DNA from: an uncultured Bacteroidia bacterium
GTDB taxonomy: Bacteria; Bacteroidota; Bacteroidia; Bacteroidales; UBA932
DNA length: 64,000 bases
Direction: 5' to 3'
Assembly (NCBI GenBank): GCA_902779785.1
Contig: CACZDC010000003.1
Coordinates: 19,674-83,673, forward strand
Shown: in pieces, positions 1 through 9,726 of the stretch
Layout: each line of letters begins with the position of its first letter
How positions within the stretch are numbered: position 1 is the stretch's first letter
The notes under the pieces: generated by a model
What the model saw: only the letters and a program-made list of their open reading frames with translations
Told to the model about the DNA's origin: nothing
Database searches by the model: none
Made by a program: the position numbers and the translations under genes

Positions 1-2262
1 ATCCTTAACCTTGTGACCAACGGACGAGAAGTTGAAGTACCATGCCTCGTCCGAGCTATACTGCTCACAAGTCCAGCTTTCACGTATCGTGTTGTCAAAA
101 TCAGAGAACACTCTTGAGTAGGCACCGCCAGAATTGAAACGGACTATCCACTCTGCAGTTCCCCTTGTAGCCAGCATCCAGCCGGTATGCGTCAAGGTGG
201 AATAATCAGAAATCGATCCGAAAGTCGCCGTGTCGAAACCGGTCACACAGTATCCCGGCCTGATTTTATGGGAGTCGCCACTCTTTGAGTTGTAGTGGAT
301 GATCTGGAGCTTGTATTCGAATTCCGACCCGGTATTGGGGTACGGACCGTTTTTCCAGTCGTTCATCGCCTTTACGTTATCGGAGTCTATGCTCCAGCGC
401 CAGACTTCAACCTTCTTGCCGTTTTCATGGGCCTCATAGGCAGAGAGCACACAGGCGTGTTTGCCGGCGTTGTTCTTGAAGCCCGGCTTTGATGAAAGCG
501 CCTTCCAGGCGGCATCGCCGTCCGGGACAGACTCCGTGTAAACCTTGCCGATAAATGTTCCGAGAGAAGTCTGCTTGCTCTTCGTCACATAACGGAAGTT
601 ATCCAGATCAATGCAAATGCGAATGCCGCCATCGGACCAGTTGAATCTCTTTGACGAACTGTCGTAATAGACATAGTCTCCCGGCTTCACATCGGTAGAG
701 TAATACTCGGAGAAATAGATTACTTTTTCAACCTTCGTAGTGCTCTTCGAGGAATTTACCGGATCGATGGCAAGGGAGAAGCTTTCCTTCTTCACGCGGT
801 CGGCTTTAATAGTCGTCTTGTAGCCATTGCTGACCTTTGTCGTGGTAAGGCAGGAAGAAGAAGCGTCGACGGAGCCTGACTTCAGCGTGATAGTCTTGTA
901 TTCCTGCTTTGCCGTGGACGGAAGAACACGCCACGTAATAGTGCAGGTCTCGCCTTTTTTCAGGTTGTAGTATTGTCCGTCCTGCTCTCCGGCACCGGTC
1001 GGAGTGTCGTACTCAATCCTGGTCGGATAGTCGTAGACATAGACCTTGATGGATGCGGAAATCTTCCCGATTGCAGCCTTGACCGTATCGTAGGTCGATC
1101 CGCCACCGGCTTTTTTCGGAGTGACCGTTCCCGTCGAAGAAACTGAGACGAGATTGCCCGTCGCCGTCCAGGTAATCTCGGGATCGGATTGGAGCGGCCC
1201 GGTTTTCACAAGCGTATAATAGGCCGGCGAAGACGTGGTGCCAACCAGCTCCATTTTGTCACCGGCATTGAAGTCGATGCCTGTCACGTGGCCATAGACC
1301 GTGACGGGAATTTCGACGGTCGTGGAGCCCTCGCGGATACCCTTGACGATAATTTTCGTGTTGCCGGGCTTCACGCCGCTGACGACGATATTCGTCCCGT
1401 CGCCATTCGAGACCGTAGCGACGGTCTTGTCAGCGGAGGCTATGATCAGATCCTTCAGAGCGGCGCCGGAGGGGCTGATGGTCAGATGGACCGTCGCTTG
1501 ATTATTATCAGCGCCTGCCTCATCCGTCACTACCACAGAAGTAGGAGAGAAAGTAACGGTTTGAATCACATAATCCGAATAGGCGTCCTTGGAAAGGACT
1601 ACCACAGGTATCGACTTGGGGTTCGCAGAGCCTCTGCGGGCCTTGACCAGAACGCTTCCCGTGCCGACTTTCTTAGGGGTGAAGCGGAGAACGCCGCTTT
1701 CCGCCTTGACGCTGACGATGTCCTCGGCTCCGCTGAAGGTCAGCATATCGGTAGTTGCGGAAGGAGGATCGAGGGTTACTGTCACAGTCTTGCCATAAGT
1801 GTCACCTTCCTGCAGATAAACTTCCATGGGATTGATGGTTATGCCGTTGATGTCCGTGGCGGCATAGTCTTCCGACGAGAGGACCCTCACCGTCGCTTCC
1901 ACGGAAGAGGCCGGGCCGCTCTTGGCCGAAAGGGTTACGCTGGCCTCGCCTATCTTCTTGGGTGTAAAGAAAACGCCATTCTCTTTCAGAGACCAGGAAA
2001 CCACATCTTCCGGTTTCACCTTGACATTGAGCATCTCGGTAGAACAGCCGGAAGGAGAGAGTTTCACTTCCAGCAGACCACCGGTCTTTTCTTTGTCCAG
2101 AAGAAGGAGACTGGAAGGGAGCGTTATAGACGAAATCTCACTTACAGAAGGGCCGGAGGGAGTAGAAGGGTCGCCGCCGGAAGGGGTGTCGTCGGCCGGT
2201 TTTTCCTTTTTACAGGCAAAAAGGACCAACAGAACAGACAGAATGGAAAGTAGCTTTTTCAT
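1..2262 (-). CDS. Surface lipoprotein with several Ig-like (Big_2-type) repeats and a C-terminal DUF1566/C-type-lectin-like region; 3' end runs off the window
   Basis: Absent from the ORF track because it is open at the edge. Manual translation from ATG 2262 is stop-free to position 1 (754 codons): MKKLLSILSVLLVLFAC-KKEKPADD (lipobox plus acidic export signal), repeated beta-rich ~85-aa units (e.g. ITWTATGNLVSVSSTGTVTPKKAG), then GDYVYYD..WSDGGIR and WTCEQYSSDEAWYFNFS. Confidence 0.8.
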   Translation of the reverse strand, partial: MKKLLSILSVLLVLFACKKEKPADDTPSGGDPSTPSGPSVSEISSITLPSSLLLLDKEKTGGLLEVKLSPSGCSTEMLNVKVKPEDVVSWSLKENGVFFTPKKIGEASVTLSAKSGPASSVEATVRVLSSEDYAATDINGITINPMEVYLQEGDTYGKTVTVTLDPPSATTDMLTFSGAEDIVSVKAESGVLRFTPKKVGTGSVLVKARRGSANPKSIPVVVLSKDAYSDYVIQTVTFSPTSVVVTDEAGADNNQATVHLTISPSGAALKDLIIASADKTVATVSNGDGTNIVVSGVKPGNTKIIVKGIREGSTTVEIPVTVYGHVTGIDFNAGDKMELVGTTSSPAYYTLVKTGPLQSDPEITWTATGNLVSVSSTGTVTPKKAGGGSTYDTVKAAIGKISASIKVYVYDYPTRIEYDTPTGAGEQDGQYYNLKKGETCTITWRVLPSTAKQEYKTITLKSGSVDASSSCLTTTKVSNGYKTTIKADRVKKESFSLAIDPVNSSKSTTKVEKVIYFSEYYSTDVKPGDYVYYDSSSKRFNWSDGGIRICIDLDNFRYVTKSKQTSLGTFIGKVYTESVPDGDAAWKALSSKPGFKNNAGKHACVLSAYEAHENGKKVEVWRWSIDSDNVKAMNDWKNGPYPNTGSEFEYKLQIIHYNSKSGDSHKIRPGYCVTGFDTATFGSISDYSTLTHTGWMLATRGTAEWIVRFNSGGAYSRVFSDFDNTIRESWTCEQYSSDEAWYFNFSSVGHKVKD

Positions 2263-2267
2263 ACTTG

Positions 2268-2275
2268 CAAAGATA
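2268..2275 (-). promoter_or_regulatory. Bacteroidota sigma-ABfr -7 box (TATCTTTG) for the Ig-repeat lipoprotein
   Basis: Matches the TAnnTTTG consensus, 5 nt upstream of ATG 2262. Confidence 0.6.
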
Positions 2276-2335
2276 GAACAGTTTTTTTGCAATAGCAAGC
2301 GTACGGCTCCAATAGGAAAAACCGAAATAATTTCG

Positions 2336-2343
2336 TAAATTTG
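2336..2343 (+). promoter_or_regulatory. -7 box (TAAATTTG) for exbB-exbD-tonB
   Basis: TAnnTTTG consensus in an AT-rich intergenic region upstream of 2397. Confidence 0.55.
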
Positions 2344-2396
2344 CCGCTTGTATGGGCTTGGCCCAATGGTTAGTAAATAAATAAAAGCGAAAGTAT

Positions 2397-3137
2397 ATGT
2401 TATTCCATCTCCTACAGACAGACATTGCCGCGACAGTCGCCGACAGCCTCGCCGAGGCCGCACCCGCAGCAGAAGCCGCTCCGGTCGCTGCCGCCGCACC
2501 GCAGCAGATGTCCGAGAGCCTGTTCTCCCTATTTACGATGGGAGGCCCCCTGATGTGGGTCCTTCTCGCCCTCTCGATCCTGGCCATATACCTGATCGGC
2601 CGCAAATGGTGGGTGATCAACCAGGCATCGAAGATTAACCCGAACTTTATGAATGATATCCGGGACTATCTCAACCAGGGCAAGACCAAGTCGGCCGTCA
2701 CCCTCTGCGGAAAGTATGACAACCCTGTCGCCCGTATGGTCGAAACCGGTATCCGCCGCCTCGGAAGGCCGATGTCCGACATCCAGGGAGCAATCGAAAA
2801 CACCGGAAACATTGAGGTCGCAAGGCTCGAAAAGGGTCTGCCGATACTAGCCACCATCGCCGGCGGCGCCCCGATGATCGGATTCCTCGGAACGGTTATG
2901 GGTATGGTCCAGGCCTTCTTCAATATGTCCAAGGCGGGGAACAACATCGACATCACCCTTCTGAGCGACGGCATCTACACCGCAATGCTCACTACGGTCG
3001 GCGGCCTGGTGGTCGGCATCATCGCCTACTTCGGCTACAACTGGCTGAGCTCCAAGGTCTCGGACCTCGTCTACAAGATGGAGAGTTCGACTATGGAATT
3101 CATAGACATCGTCCTTAACGAACCCGGAGAGGAATAG
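2397..3137 (+). CDS. exbB: MotA/TolQ/ExbB proton channel protein
   Basis: GG-PLMWVL TM1; LATIAGGAPMIGFLGTVMGMVQAF; GIYTAMLTTVGGLVVGI. Confidence 0.92.
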   Translation: MLFHLLQTDIAATVADSLAEAAPAAEAAPVAAAAPQQMSESLFSLFTMGGPLMWVLLALSILAIYLIGRKWWVINQASKINPNFMNDIRDYLNQGKTKSAVTLCGKYDNPVARMVETGIRRLGRPMSDIQGAIENTGNIEVARLEKGLPILATIAGGAPMIGFLGTVMGMVQAFFNMSKAGNNIDITLLSDGIYTAMLTTVGGLVVGIIAYFGYNWLSSKVSDLVYKMESSTMEFIDIVLNEPGEE

Positions 3138-3140
3138 GCT

Positions 3141-3551
3141 ATGGCACTAAAGAGAAGCACAAAGGTCGATGCCTCCTTCTCGGTATCCTCGATGACGGAT
3201 ATCGTGTTCCTGCTGCTGATCTTCTTCCTGGTGACATCGACGCTGATCAACCCCAACGCCCTCAAGCTCCTGCTCCCGAAATCCACCGGGCAGGTGAACG
3301 CCAAGGCAACGGTCTCGGTCAGCATAAAAGACTGGCACAACGACAGTTATACCTACCATATCAACGGGGACGAAAACCCGCTGAGCTATCAGGAAGTGGA
3401 AGACGCACTGGTGGGCCTTCTTGCCGCCGAGGAAGATCCGACCTTCTCCATCTACTCTGACGAGACAGTCCCTGTCGGAGAGGTCGTCCAGATGATGAAC
3501 ATCGCCAAGAGAAACCATTACAAAGTAATACTGGCGACGCAGCCTGAATAA
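3141..3551 (+). CDS. exbD: Biopolymer transporter ExbD
   Basis: SSMTDIVFLLLIFF TM with the conserved Asp; follows exbB. Confidence 0.92.
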   Translation: MALKRSTKVDASFSVSSMTDIVFLLLIFFLVTSTLINPNALKLLLPKSTGQVNAKATVSVSIKDWHNDSYTYHINGDENPLSYQEVEDALVGLLAAEEDPTFSIYSDETVPVGEVVQMMNIAKRNHYKVILATQPE

Positions 3552-3553
3552 GT

Positions 3554-4342
3554 ATGCAAACCTACAAGCACACAAGGGAAAAGAGGGAAAAGAGAGCCGG
3601 CCTCGTCGGTATTCTCCTTACCCTGGGCGTCCACGCCCTCGTTCTCGTTGTGTGCCTCAGCGCCGGGCTGAGCTACCTCGATCCTCCGCCGCCGGAAAGG
3701 ACCTCGCTAGTAATCGAGTTCGAGGACCTGGAGGAGGAAGTCAAGCCTCGGCAGACGGAAATAGGCCGCCAGCCCCAGGCCGAAGAAATCGACCGTGAGA
3801 AAGAAGTGGAACTGGTCCAGCGCTCCGAATCTCCGCACGCCGAGGCCAAGCCCAATCTGACTCCGGCCACGAAACCGGACCCTCACGGCGACGTGGAAGT
3901 GCCGACTCCGAAAGTTGAAGAGCCGAAACTGGATCCCAGGGCGAGTTTCCCCGGGATGTCCCCGAAAGACGACAAGTCCACGACTCCGCACAGCGCCGCC
4001 GAGCCGACGCCCGAATTCAAGGCCGGGCAGAGCGACGGCAACACCCGGGAGGGCAAGACCCAGGGAAGCGCCAATGCCCACGTGAAGGGGCGCAGCGTAA
4101 TGGGCAACCTGCCCCGCCCGGGCTACAATTCCCAGTCCGAAGGCATAGTCGTGGTCCAGGTCAAAGTGGACCAGTACGGCAATGTGACCGAGGCCATTCC
4201 AGGAGCAGAGGGGACGACCGTGACGGACAAAACCCTATGGAACGCAGCGCGCAGCGCCGCACTCAAAGCCCACTTCAACCAGAGCGCCGACGCTCCGGTC
4301 CTGCAGATCGGGACAATTACATATATTTTTAAGTTACAATAA
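3554..4342 (+). CDS. tonB: TonB-family energy transducer
   Basis: N-terminal TM containing His, Pro/Glu-rich linker, C-terminal TonB_C-like GIVVVQVKVDQYGNVTEA; operon with exbBD. Confidence 0.8.
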   Translation: MQTYKHTREKREKRAGLVGILLTLGVHALVLVVCLSAGLSYLDPPPPERTSLVIEFEDLEEEVKPRQTEIGRQPQAEEIDREKEVELVQRSESPHAEAKPNLTPATKPDPHGDVEVPTPKVEEPKLDPRASFPGMSPKDDKSTTPHSAAEPTPEFKAGQSDGNTREGKTQGSANAHVKGRSVMGNLPRPGYNSQSEGIVVVQVKVDQYGNVTEAIPGAEGTTVTDKTLWNAARSAALKAHFNQSADAPVLQIGTITYIFKLQ

Positions 4343-4394
4343 CGACGTGAGTCGCAAAAACAGCATTTAAACCGCCCGTGAGGGTCATTTACTT

Positions 4395-5555
4395 ATGGAA
4401 GACAAACACAGAGGTACAAGAAAACGCATCGTAAGGAAGAGTGGTGAAAGCCGCGTGGAAAAGGTTGATTTCTCCACCAGCCGGAGTTTCGATTCCTTCG
4501 ATTCTGAAGAGCGCCCGGCACGCCGCGCTTACACTCCCCATTCCTCCAAACCGTCCGGCCGTCCCGACGGTCCGCATTCAGACCGTTCCCGGAAATCGGG
4601 CAGCGGCTACGGGAAGCCCGGATATGGTAGCAAACCCGGATTCGGCAGCAAGCCCGGATTCGGCGGGAAACCCGGTTTCAGCGGGAAATCCGGCTATGGG
4701 TCTAAGCCGGGAGCGAAAGGCAAGGATTTCGGAAAACGCAGCGGAGCGTCCGCAGGGATGAGCGCAATGCTCTCGCGCAAGCCCCAGGTCAGCGGCAGCG
4801 CCTGGAGCGATGACGACACGGTGAAAGCTCCTATCAAGGAAGTCGTCCGCCTCAACAAGTATATAGCCAATTCCGGCGTCTGCTCGCGCAGGGAAGCCGA
4901 CACGCTCATCCAGAGCGGAGTAGTCACGGTGAACGGAGTCGTGGTTACCGAACTTGGCACCAAGGTCAATGTCCTGACCGACGACGTCCGCTTCAACGGA
5001 GAAAGGCTCAAGGGTGAAGACAAGGTCTACATCATTATGAACAAGCCTAAAGGCTATGTCACCACGGCCAGCGACCCCCACGCCGAAAAGACCGTGATGG
5101 AACTGCTGAAGGGCTGTCCCAGCAGGGTGTTCCCCGTCGGCCGCCTGGACAAGAGCACAACCGGCGTACTGATGTTCACAAACGACGGAGAGATGGCCGA
5201 GCGCCTTACCCACCCTTCTTACAACAAGAAGAAGATCTATCAGGTCATCCTGGACCATCCCCTGGCCGAGGAAGACCGCGAGAAAGTGCTCGCCGGCATT
5301 GAACTGACCGACGGGGTTACCGCGGCGGACGAACTCGAATACATCGACCAGAGGGACCACCGCCAGCTTGGAATTGAAATCCATTCCGGCAAAAACCGCA
5401 TCGTACGCCGCCTCTTCGAATCTCTCGGCTATGAGGTCAAGGCCCTCGACCGCGTCTATTTCGCCGGCCTGACCAAGAAAGGCCTGAAGAAAGGCGACTG
5501 GCGCTACCTCACCGAGGGAGAAGTCAATGTCCTCAAAATGGGAGCTTACGTATAA
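4395..5555 (+). CDS. rluB: RsuA/RluB-family rRNA pseudouridine synthase with a long low-complexity N-terminus
   Basis: S4 domain RLNKYIANSGVCSRREAD; catalytic GRLD; GKNRIVRR motif. Confidence 0.85.
   Translation: MEDKHRGTRKRIVRKSGESRVEKVDFSTSRSFDSFDSEERPARRAYTPHSSKPSGRPDGPHSDRSRKSGSGYGKPGYGSKPGFGSKPGFGGKPGFSGKSGYGSKPGAKGKDFGKRSGASAGMSAMLSRKPQVSGSAWSDDDTVKAPIKEVVRLNKYIANSGVCSRREADTLIQSGVVTVNGVVVTELGTKVNVLTDDVRFNGERLKGEDKVYIIMNKPKGYVTTASDPHAEKTVMELLKGCPSRVFPVGRLDKSTTGVLMFTNDGEMAERLTHPSYNKKKIYQVILDHPLAEEDREKVLAGIELTDGVTAADELEYIDQRDHRQLGIEIHSGKNRIVRRLFESLGYEVKALDRVYFAGLTKKGLKKGDWRYLTEGEVNVLKMGAYV
4605..4712 (+). repeat. In-frame imperfect 18-bp tandem repeat encoding G(Y/F)GxKP units
   Basis: GYGKP-GYGSKP-GFGSKP-GFGGKP-GFSGKS-GYGSKP-G; synonymous codons differ between units. 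Confidence 0.85.
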
Positions 5556-6436
5556 TGGGACACAGGGCAGGTTTCGTCAACATAATCGGGAATCCCAACG
5601 TCGGCAAATCAACGCTGATGAACGCCCTCGTGGGCGAGAAACTCTCGATTGTCACGGCCAAGGCGCAGACCACGCGCCACCGCATTATGGGCATAGTGAA
5701 CGGCGAGGACTATCAGATTGTCTATTCCGACACTCCGGGCATCCTGAAGCCGAACTACCGCCTGCAGCAGAGTATGCTTAACTTCGTGGACACAGCCCTC
5801 GGCGACGCGGACATCATTCTCTATGTCACCGACACGGTCGAGAAACCGGACAAGAACGAGGTCTACATTGAAAAGCTGAAAAAAATCAGCTGCCCGGTGA
5901 TCCTGGTCATCAACAAGATTGACATTTCCTCCCAGGAAAAGGTCGTGGAGTTGATGGACTGGTGGAAACAGCAGCTGCCCAAGGCGGAGATAATCCCGGT
6001 TTCCGCCCAGGAGAAATTCAACCTCGAGAGCGTGTTGGAGGCCGTTTCAAGCCGCCTTCCCGAGGCTCCGGCCTGGTTCGACAAAGACCAGTTCACCGAC
6101 AAGAATCTGCGTTTTTTCGCTTCGGAAATACTGCGCGAAAAGATATTCCTCAACTACAGCGAGGAGATTCCTTACAGCTGCCAGGTTGAAATCGAAGCCT
6201 TCAACGAAGGAGCGGAACGCTATGAGATCAGCGCCGTGATCTACGTTATGAGGGATAGCCAGAAGGGCATCATCATCGGGAAGAACGGCGCGATGCTGAA
6301 GAAGGTGGGCACCGAGGCCCGCCTGGAGATGGAGGATTTCTTCCAGAAGAAAGTCTTCCTCTCCACATTTGTGAAAGTTGACCCGGACTGGAGGGAGAGC
6401 CGCAAGGAACTCCGACGTTTCGGATATGAATTTTAA
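5555..6436 (+). CDS. era: GTPase Era
   Basis: GNPNVGKS, QTTR, DTPG, NKID, C-terminal KH domain (QKGIIIGKNG). Confidence 0.97.
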   Translation: MGHRAGFVNIIGNPNVGKSTLMNALVGEKLSIVTAKAQTTRHRIMGIVNGEDYQIVYSDTPGILKPNYRLQQSMLNFVDTALGDADIILYVTDTVEKPDKNEVYIEKLKKISCPVILVINKIDISSQEKVVELMDWWKQQLPKAEIIPVSAQEKFNLESVLEAVSSRLPEAPAWFDKDQFTDKNLRFFASEILREKIFLNYSEEIPYSCQVEIEAFNEGAERYEISAVIYVMRDSQKGIIIGKNGAMLKKVGTEARLEMEDFFQKKVFLSTFVKVDPDWRESRKELRRFGYEF

Positions 6437-6446
6437 TTGACAGGAT

Positions 6447-9197
6447 ATGGACGAATGGGATGACAATCAGCCTCAGCAGGAAGAAGAATTCGAGGAACAG
6501 GAACTAGACCCGAACGCCGTCGAAAGCGGAAGGTTCGCCCGTCTGCTGGGAGAAGACAGCAAGAAATTCAAACTCTCCGGAATGTTCAGGGAGTGGTTCC
6601 TGGACTATGCCTCCTACGTCATTCTCCAGAGGGCCGTACCCCACATCGTGGATGGACTCAAACCGGTCCAGAGGAGGGTCCTGCACGCTATGTTCAAGAT
6701 TGACGACGGCCGTTTCACCAAGGTCGCGAACATCGTAGGACAGGCTATGCAGTACCATCCTCACGGAGACGCCTCCATACTCGGAGCCCTGGTCCAGATA
6801 GGCCAGAAGGGTTTTGCCGTGGAGTGCCAGGGTAACTGGGGAAACATCCTTACCGGCGACCCGAATGCCGCCGCCCGTTACATTGAGGCACGTCTGTCCA
6901 AATTCGCGAAAGAAGTCATTTTCGAGCCGAAACTCACCAGCTGGATGACATCCTACGACGGTCGCAACCAGGAGCCTACCGAACTGCCGGTCCGCTTCCC
7001 GCTGCTGCTCGCCCAGGGAACGGACGGCATCGCTGTCGGTATGGCCTCGAAAATCCTTCCGCACAATTTCAATGAACTGATAGACGCGTCGATAGCCATA
7101 CTGAAGGGACAGGAATACGAACTCTATCCGGACTTCCCTACCGGCGGACTCGCGGACTGCTCGAAGTACAACAACGGCCGCCGAGGCGGACAGGTCAAGG
7201 TCCGGGCCCGTATCGAAAAGGTGGACAAGTCCACAGTGACCATCACCGAAGTCCCCTTCGGCAAGACCTCGCATATGATCATCGACAGCATCCTGAAAGC
7301 CAAGGACAAGGGAAAGATCAAGATCAAGAAAATCGAGGATATGACCACGGCGAAAGTGGAAATCATAATCCACCTCCCGAACGACGTGTCCCCGGACAAG
7401 ACCATCGACGCCCTCTACGCCTTCACGGAATGCGAGACGACCATCAATCCAAATGCCTGCGTAATCAAGGACGACAAGCCGCAGTTCCTCTCAGTCAACG
7501 AGATACTGGAATACGACACCTTCCATACCAGGGACCTTCTCGGAAGGCAGCTGGAAATCCGGCTCGGAGAACTGGAGGACCAGTGGCATTACGACTCACT
7601 GGAGCGCATCTTCTTCGAAAACAGGATATACAAGGTCCTGGAACAGAACCAGATGAGCTGGGAAGAACAGCTCGATGACATCTTCCGCCAGATGAAGCAG
7701 TATCAGGACCTGCTCCACCGCGAAATCGTGATGGAAGACATAGAAAAGCTGGTGGAAAAGCCCGTGAGAAAAATCTCCAAATTCGACACCAAGGCCCTGG
7801 ACGAGAAGATCTATGCCATAGAGGACGAAATCAAGGAGGTCAAGGACAAGATCGCCCATCTCACCGAATACACCATTGAATGGTTCCGCGGCCTCAAGAA
7901 GAAATATGGAAAGGATTTCCCCCGCCATACGGAAATCACTTCACTTGAGACGATTGCGGCCACCAAGGTCGTTTCCAACAATGCCAAGCTCTATGCCAAC
8001 CTCGAAGAAGGTTTCGTGGGCATCGGCCTGAAGAGAGACGACGGCGGAGAATTCATCGGAGAGTGCTCCGACCTGAGTGAAATCATAGTTATCTCCAAGG
8101 ACGGACGCTATGTCGTGACGAAAGTTTCGGACAAGGCTTTCTTCGGGAAAGACCTCCTCTGGGTGGGCGTTTTCCATCGTGGAGACGAAAGGACCATCTA
8201 CAATGTCATCTACCGGGAAGGGAAGACCTCCGTCCACTACGCCAAGCGCTTCGCCATCACCTCCGTCACCCGTGACAAGCCATATGACATAACGACCGGT
8301 GCGGAAGGCTCGAAGATTCTCTGGTTTTCAGTAAACCACAACGGCGAGGCCGAAAGCGTAAAGATCAACCTCAGGCCCAGGAAGGGGCTCAAGAAGACTC
8401 AGCTGGAATATGATTTCTCCGCACTGTCCATAAAAGGCCGGTCTTCAAGGGGCAACCTCGTAACAAAGTATGCCATTGCCAAGATCCAGCTCAAGAGCCG
8501 GGGAGTGACCACTCTCGGCGGCAAGGACATCTGGTATGACGCGGACATCCAGCGCCTGAACGAGGACGGCCGCGGAGAGCATCTAGGACAGTTCTCAGGC
8601 GAGGACCGCGTGCTTGCGATCTTCGCGGACGGGACTTACTATACCACGAACTACGAGGTAGTCAACAAATACCAGGGAGACATCATCCGGATCGAAAAGC
8701 TTGACCCTGCCCTGACCTACACCGTCCTTTATTGGGACAATGCCGCCAAGGCATTCTATATCAAGCGATTCTCATTCTCAGAGTCCAACAACAATCCCCT
8801 TTCGTTCATCTCGGAGGCCAAGGGCTCGAAACTGGTGGACATCTCCTCGGACCTGCATCCTCAGGTAAAGCTTGTCTTCGGAGGGCGCCAGGAAGGACGC
8901 GAGAGCGAGACTATAGACGCGGAGAGTTTCATCGCCAAGAAGGGACTTACGGCAAAGGGCAAGAAATGCTCATCCTATGACCTTGCCTCCGTCGAATTCA
9001 GCGAGCCGCTCCACTATCCCGAGGACGACGCCAAGGAAGAAGCCAAAAGCGAGGAACCGATTGAGATAGAACTGGACGATGACTATTCACCCTCGGATGA
9101 GCCCGCTCTTGAAGATGGCGGTCAGGCCAGCGAACTGCTCAAGGGCGGCGACGACGCCCCCATAGATATGGATGACTGGGAACCGACACTCTTCTAA
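6447..9197 (+). CDS. parC: DNA topoisomerase IV subunit A (GyrA/ParC family, Bacteroidota ParC type)
   Basis: DGLKPVQRR, HPHGD, catalytic AARYIEARL; acidic tails ending EPTLF. Confidence 0.85.
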   Translation: MDEWDDNQPQQEEEFEEQELDPNAVESGRFARLLGEDSKKFKLSGMFREWFLDYASYVILQRAVPHIVDGLKPVQRRVLHAMFKIDDGRFTKVANIVGQAMQYHPHGDASILGALVQIGQKGFAVECQGNWGNILTGDPNAAARYIEARLSKFAKEVIFEPKLTSWMTSYDGRNQEPTELPVRFPLLLAQGTDGIAVGMASKILPHNFNELIDASIAILKGQEYELYPDFPTGGLADCSKYNNGRRGGQVKVRARIEKVDKSTVTITEVPFGKTSHMIIDSILKAKDKGKIKIKKIEDMTTAKVEIIIHLPNDVSPDKTIDALYAFTECETTINPNACVIKDDKPQFLSVNEILEYDTFHTRDLLGRQLEIRLGELEDQWHYDSLERIFFENRIYKVLEQNQMSWEEQLDDIFRQMKQYQDLLHREIVMEDIEKLVEKPVRKISKFDTKALDEKIYAIEDEIKEVKDKIAHLTEYTIEWFRGLKKKYGKDFPRHTEITSLETIAATKVVSNNAKLYANLEEGFVGIGLKRDDGGEFIGECSDLSEIIVISKDGRYVVTKVSDKAFFGKDLLWVGVFHRGDERTIYNVIYREGKTSVHYAKRFAITSVTRDKPYDITTGAEGSKILWFSVNHNGEAESVKINLRPRKGLKKTQLEYDFSALSIKGRSSRGNLVTKYAIAKIQLKSRGVTTLGGKDIWYDADIQRLNEDGRGEHLGQFSGEDRVLAIFADGTYYTTNYEVVNKYQGDIIRIEKLDPALTYTVLYWDNAAKAFYIKRFSFSESNNNPLSFISEAKGSKLVDISSDLHPQVKLVFGGRQEGRESETIDAESFIAKKGLTAKGKKCSSYDLASVEFSEPLHYPEDDAKEEAKSEEPIEIELDDDYSPSDEPALEDGGQASELLKGGDDAPIDMDDWEPTLF

Positions 9198-9198
9198 G

Positions 9199-9726
9199 AT
9201 GAAACGACTGCTTCTAATCCTGCTCATTATGATACCTGTCATTGACGGCTGCGGCACTGCAGGCAAAACAAACGCCACGGCAACGACTGAAACTACGGCC
9301 GAAGGTCCGAAAGGAGACCTCATCTACTGCAGTTTCTCCGAGACGCGCAATGGCGGACTCGGCAAAGATTACTGCGAACTGGTCGCCGACCCCGGGACCG
9401 TTCCCGAAGTCCGTGTGCGTATGAATGTGGACAATCATATGGAAGGAGAGGAAGCAGCCCGCAAAGCGGAGTACAAGGTGGCCAGGGGCGTAGTGAAGGA
9501 CCTTCAGCGGAAACTCGCAGAAGCCAAGGTCTACAGCCTTGACGGATACTCTCTGGACGAACAGCTCTGCGGAGGGGCTACTTACCGTATATATATGGAA
9601 TATTCTTCAGGGGAATCGGTCAACGCCATCTGGTTCGGACACGAAGTGAAGCCGGAGGCTCTCTCCGCCTACGGCCTGATTAATAGATTCTTCCAGCCCT
9701 GGATAAAGAAATGCTGCTCGCACTGA
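9199..9726 (+). CDS. Hypothetical lipoprotein
   Basis: MKRLLLILLIMIPVIDGC lipobox-like signal; ATG 2 nt after the parC stop preferred over 9172. Confidence 0.65.
   Translation: MKRLLLILLIMIPVIDGCGTAGKTNATATTETTAEGPKGDLIYCSFSETRNGGLGKDYCELVADPGTVPEVRVRMNVDNHMEGEEAARKAEYKVARGVVKDLQRKLAEAKVYSLDGYSLDEQLCGGATYRIYMEYSSGESVNAIWFGHEVKPEALSAYGLINRFFQPWIKKCCSH

Noticed and set aside
1189-2253. 354-aa plus-strand ORF (also 4578-5384, 6504-7373, 28129-29556, 33930-35090, 38413-39474, 44865-45791 and many others)
   Set aside because: Antisense shadows of well-supported genes in GC-rich DNA; no recognisable motifs, signals or promoters.
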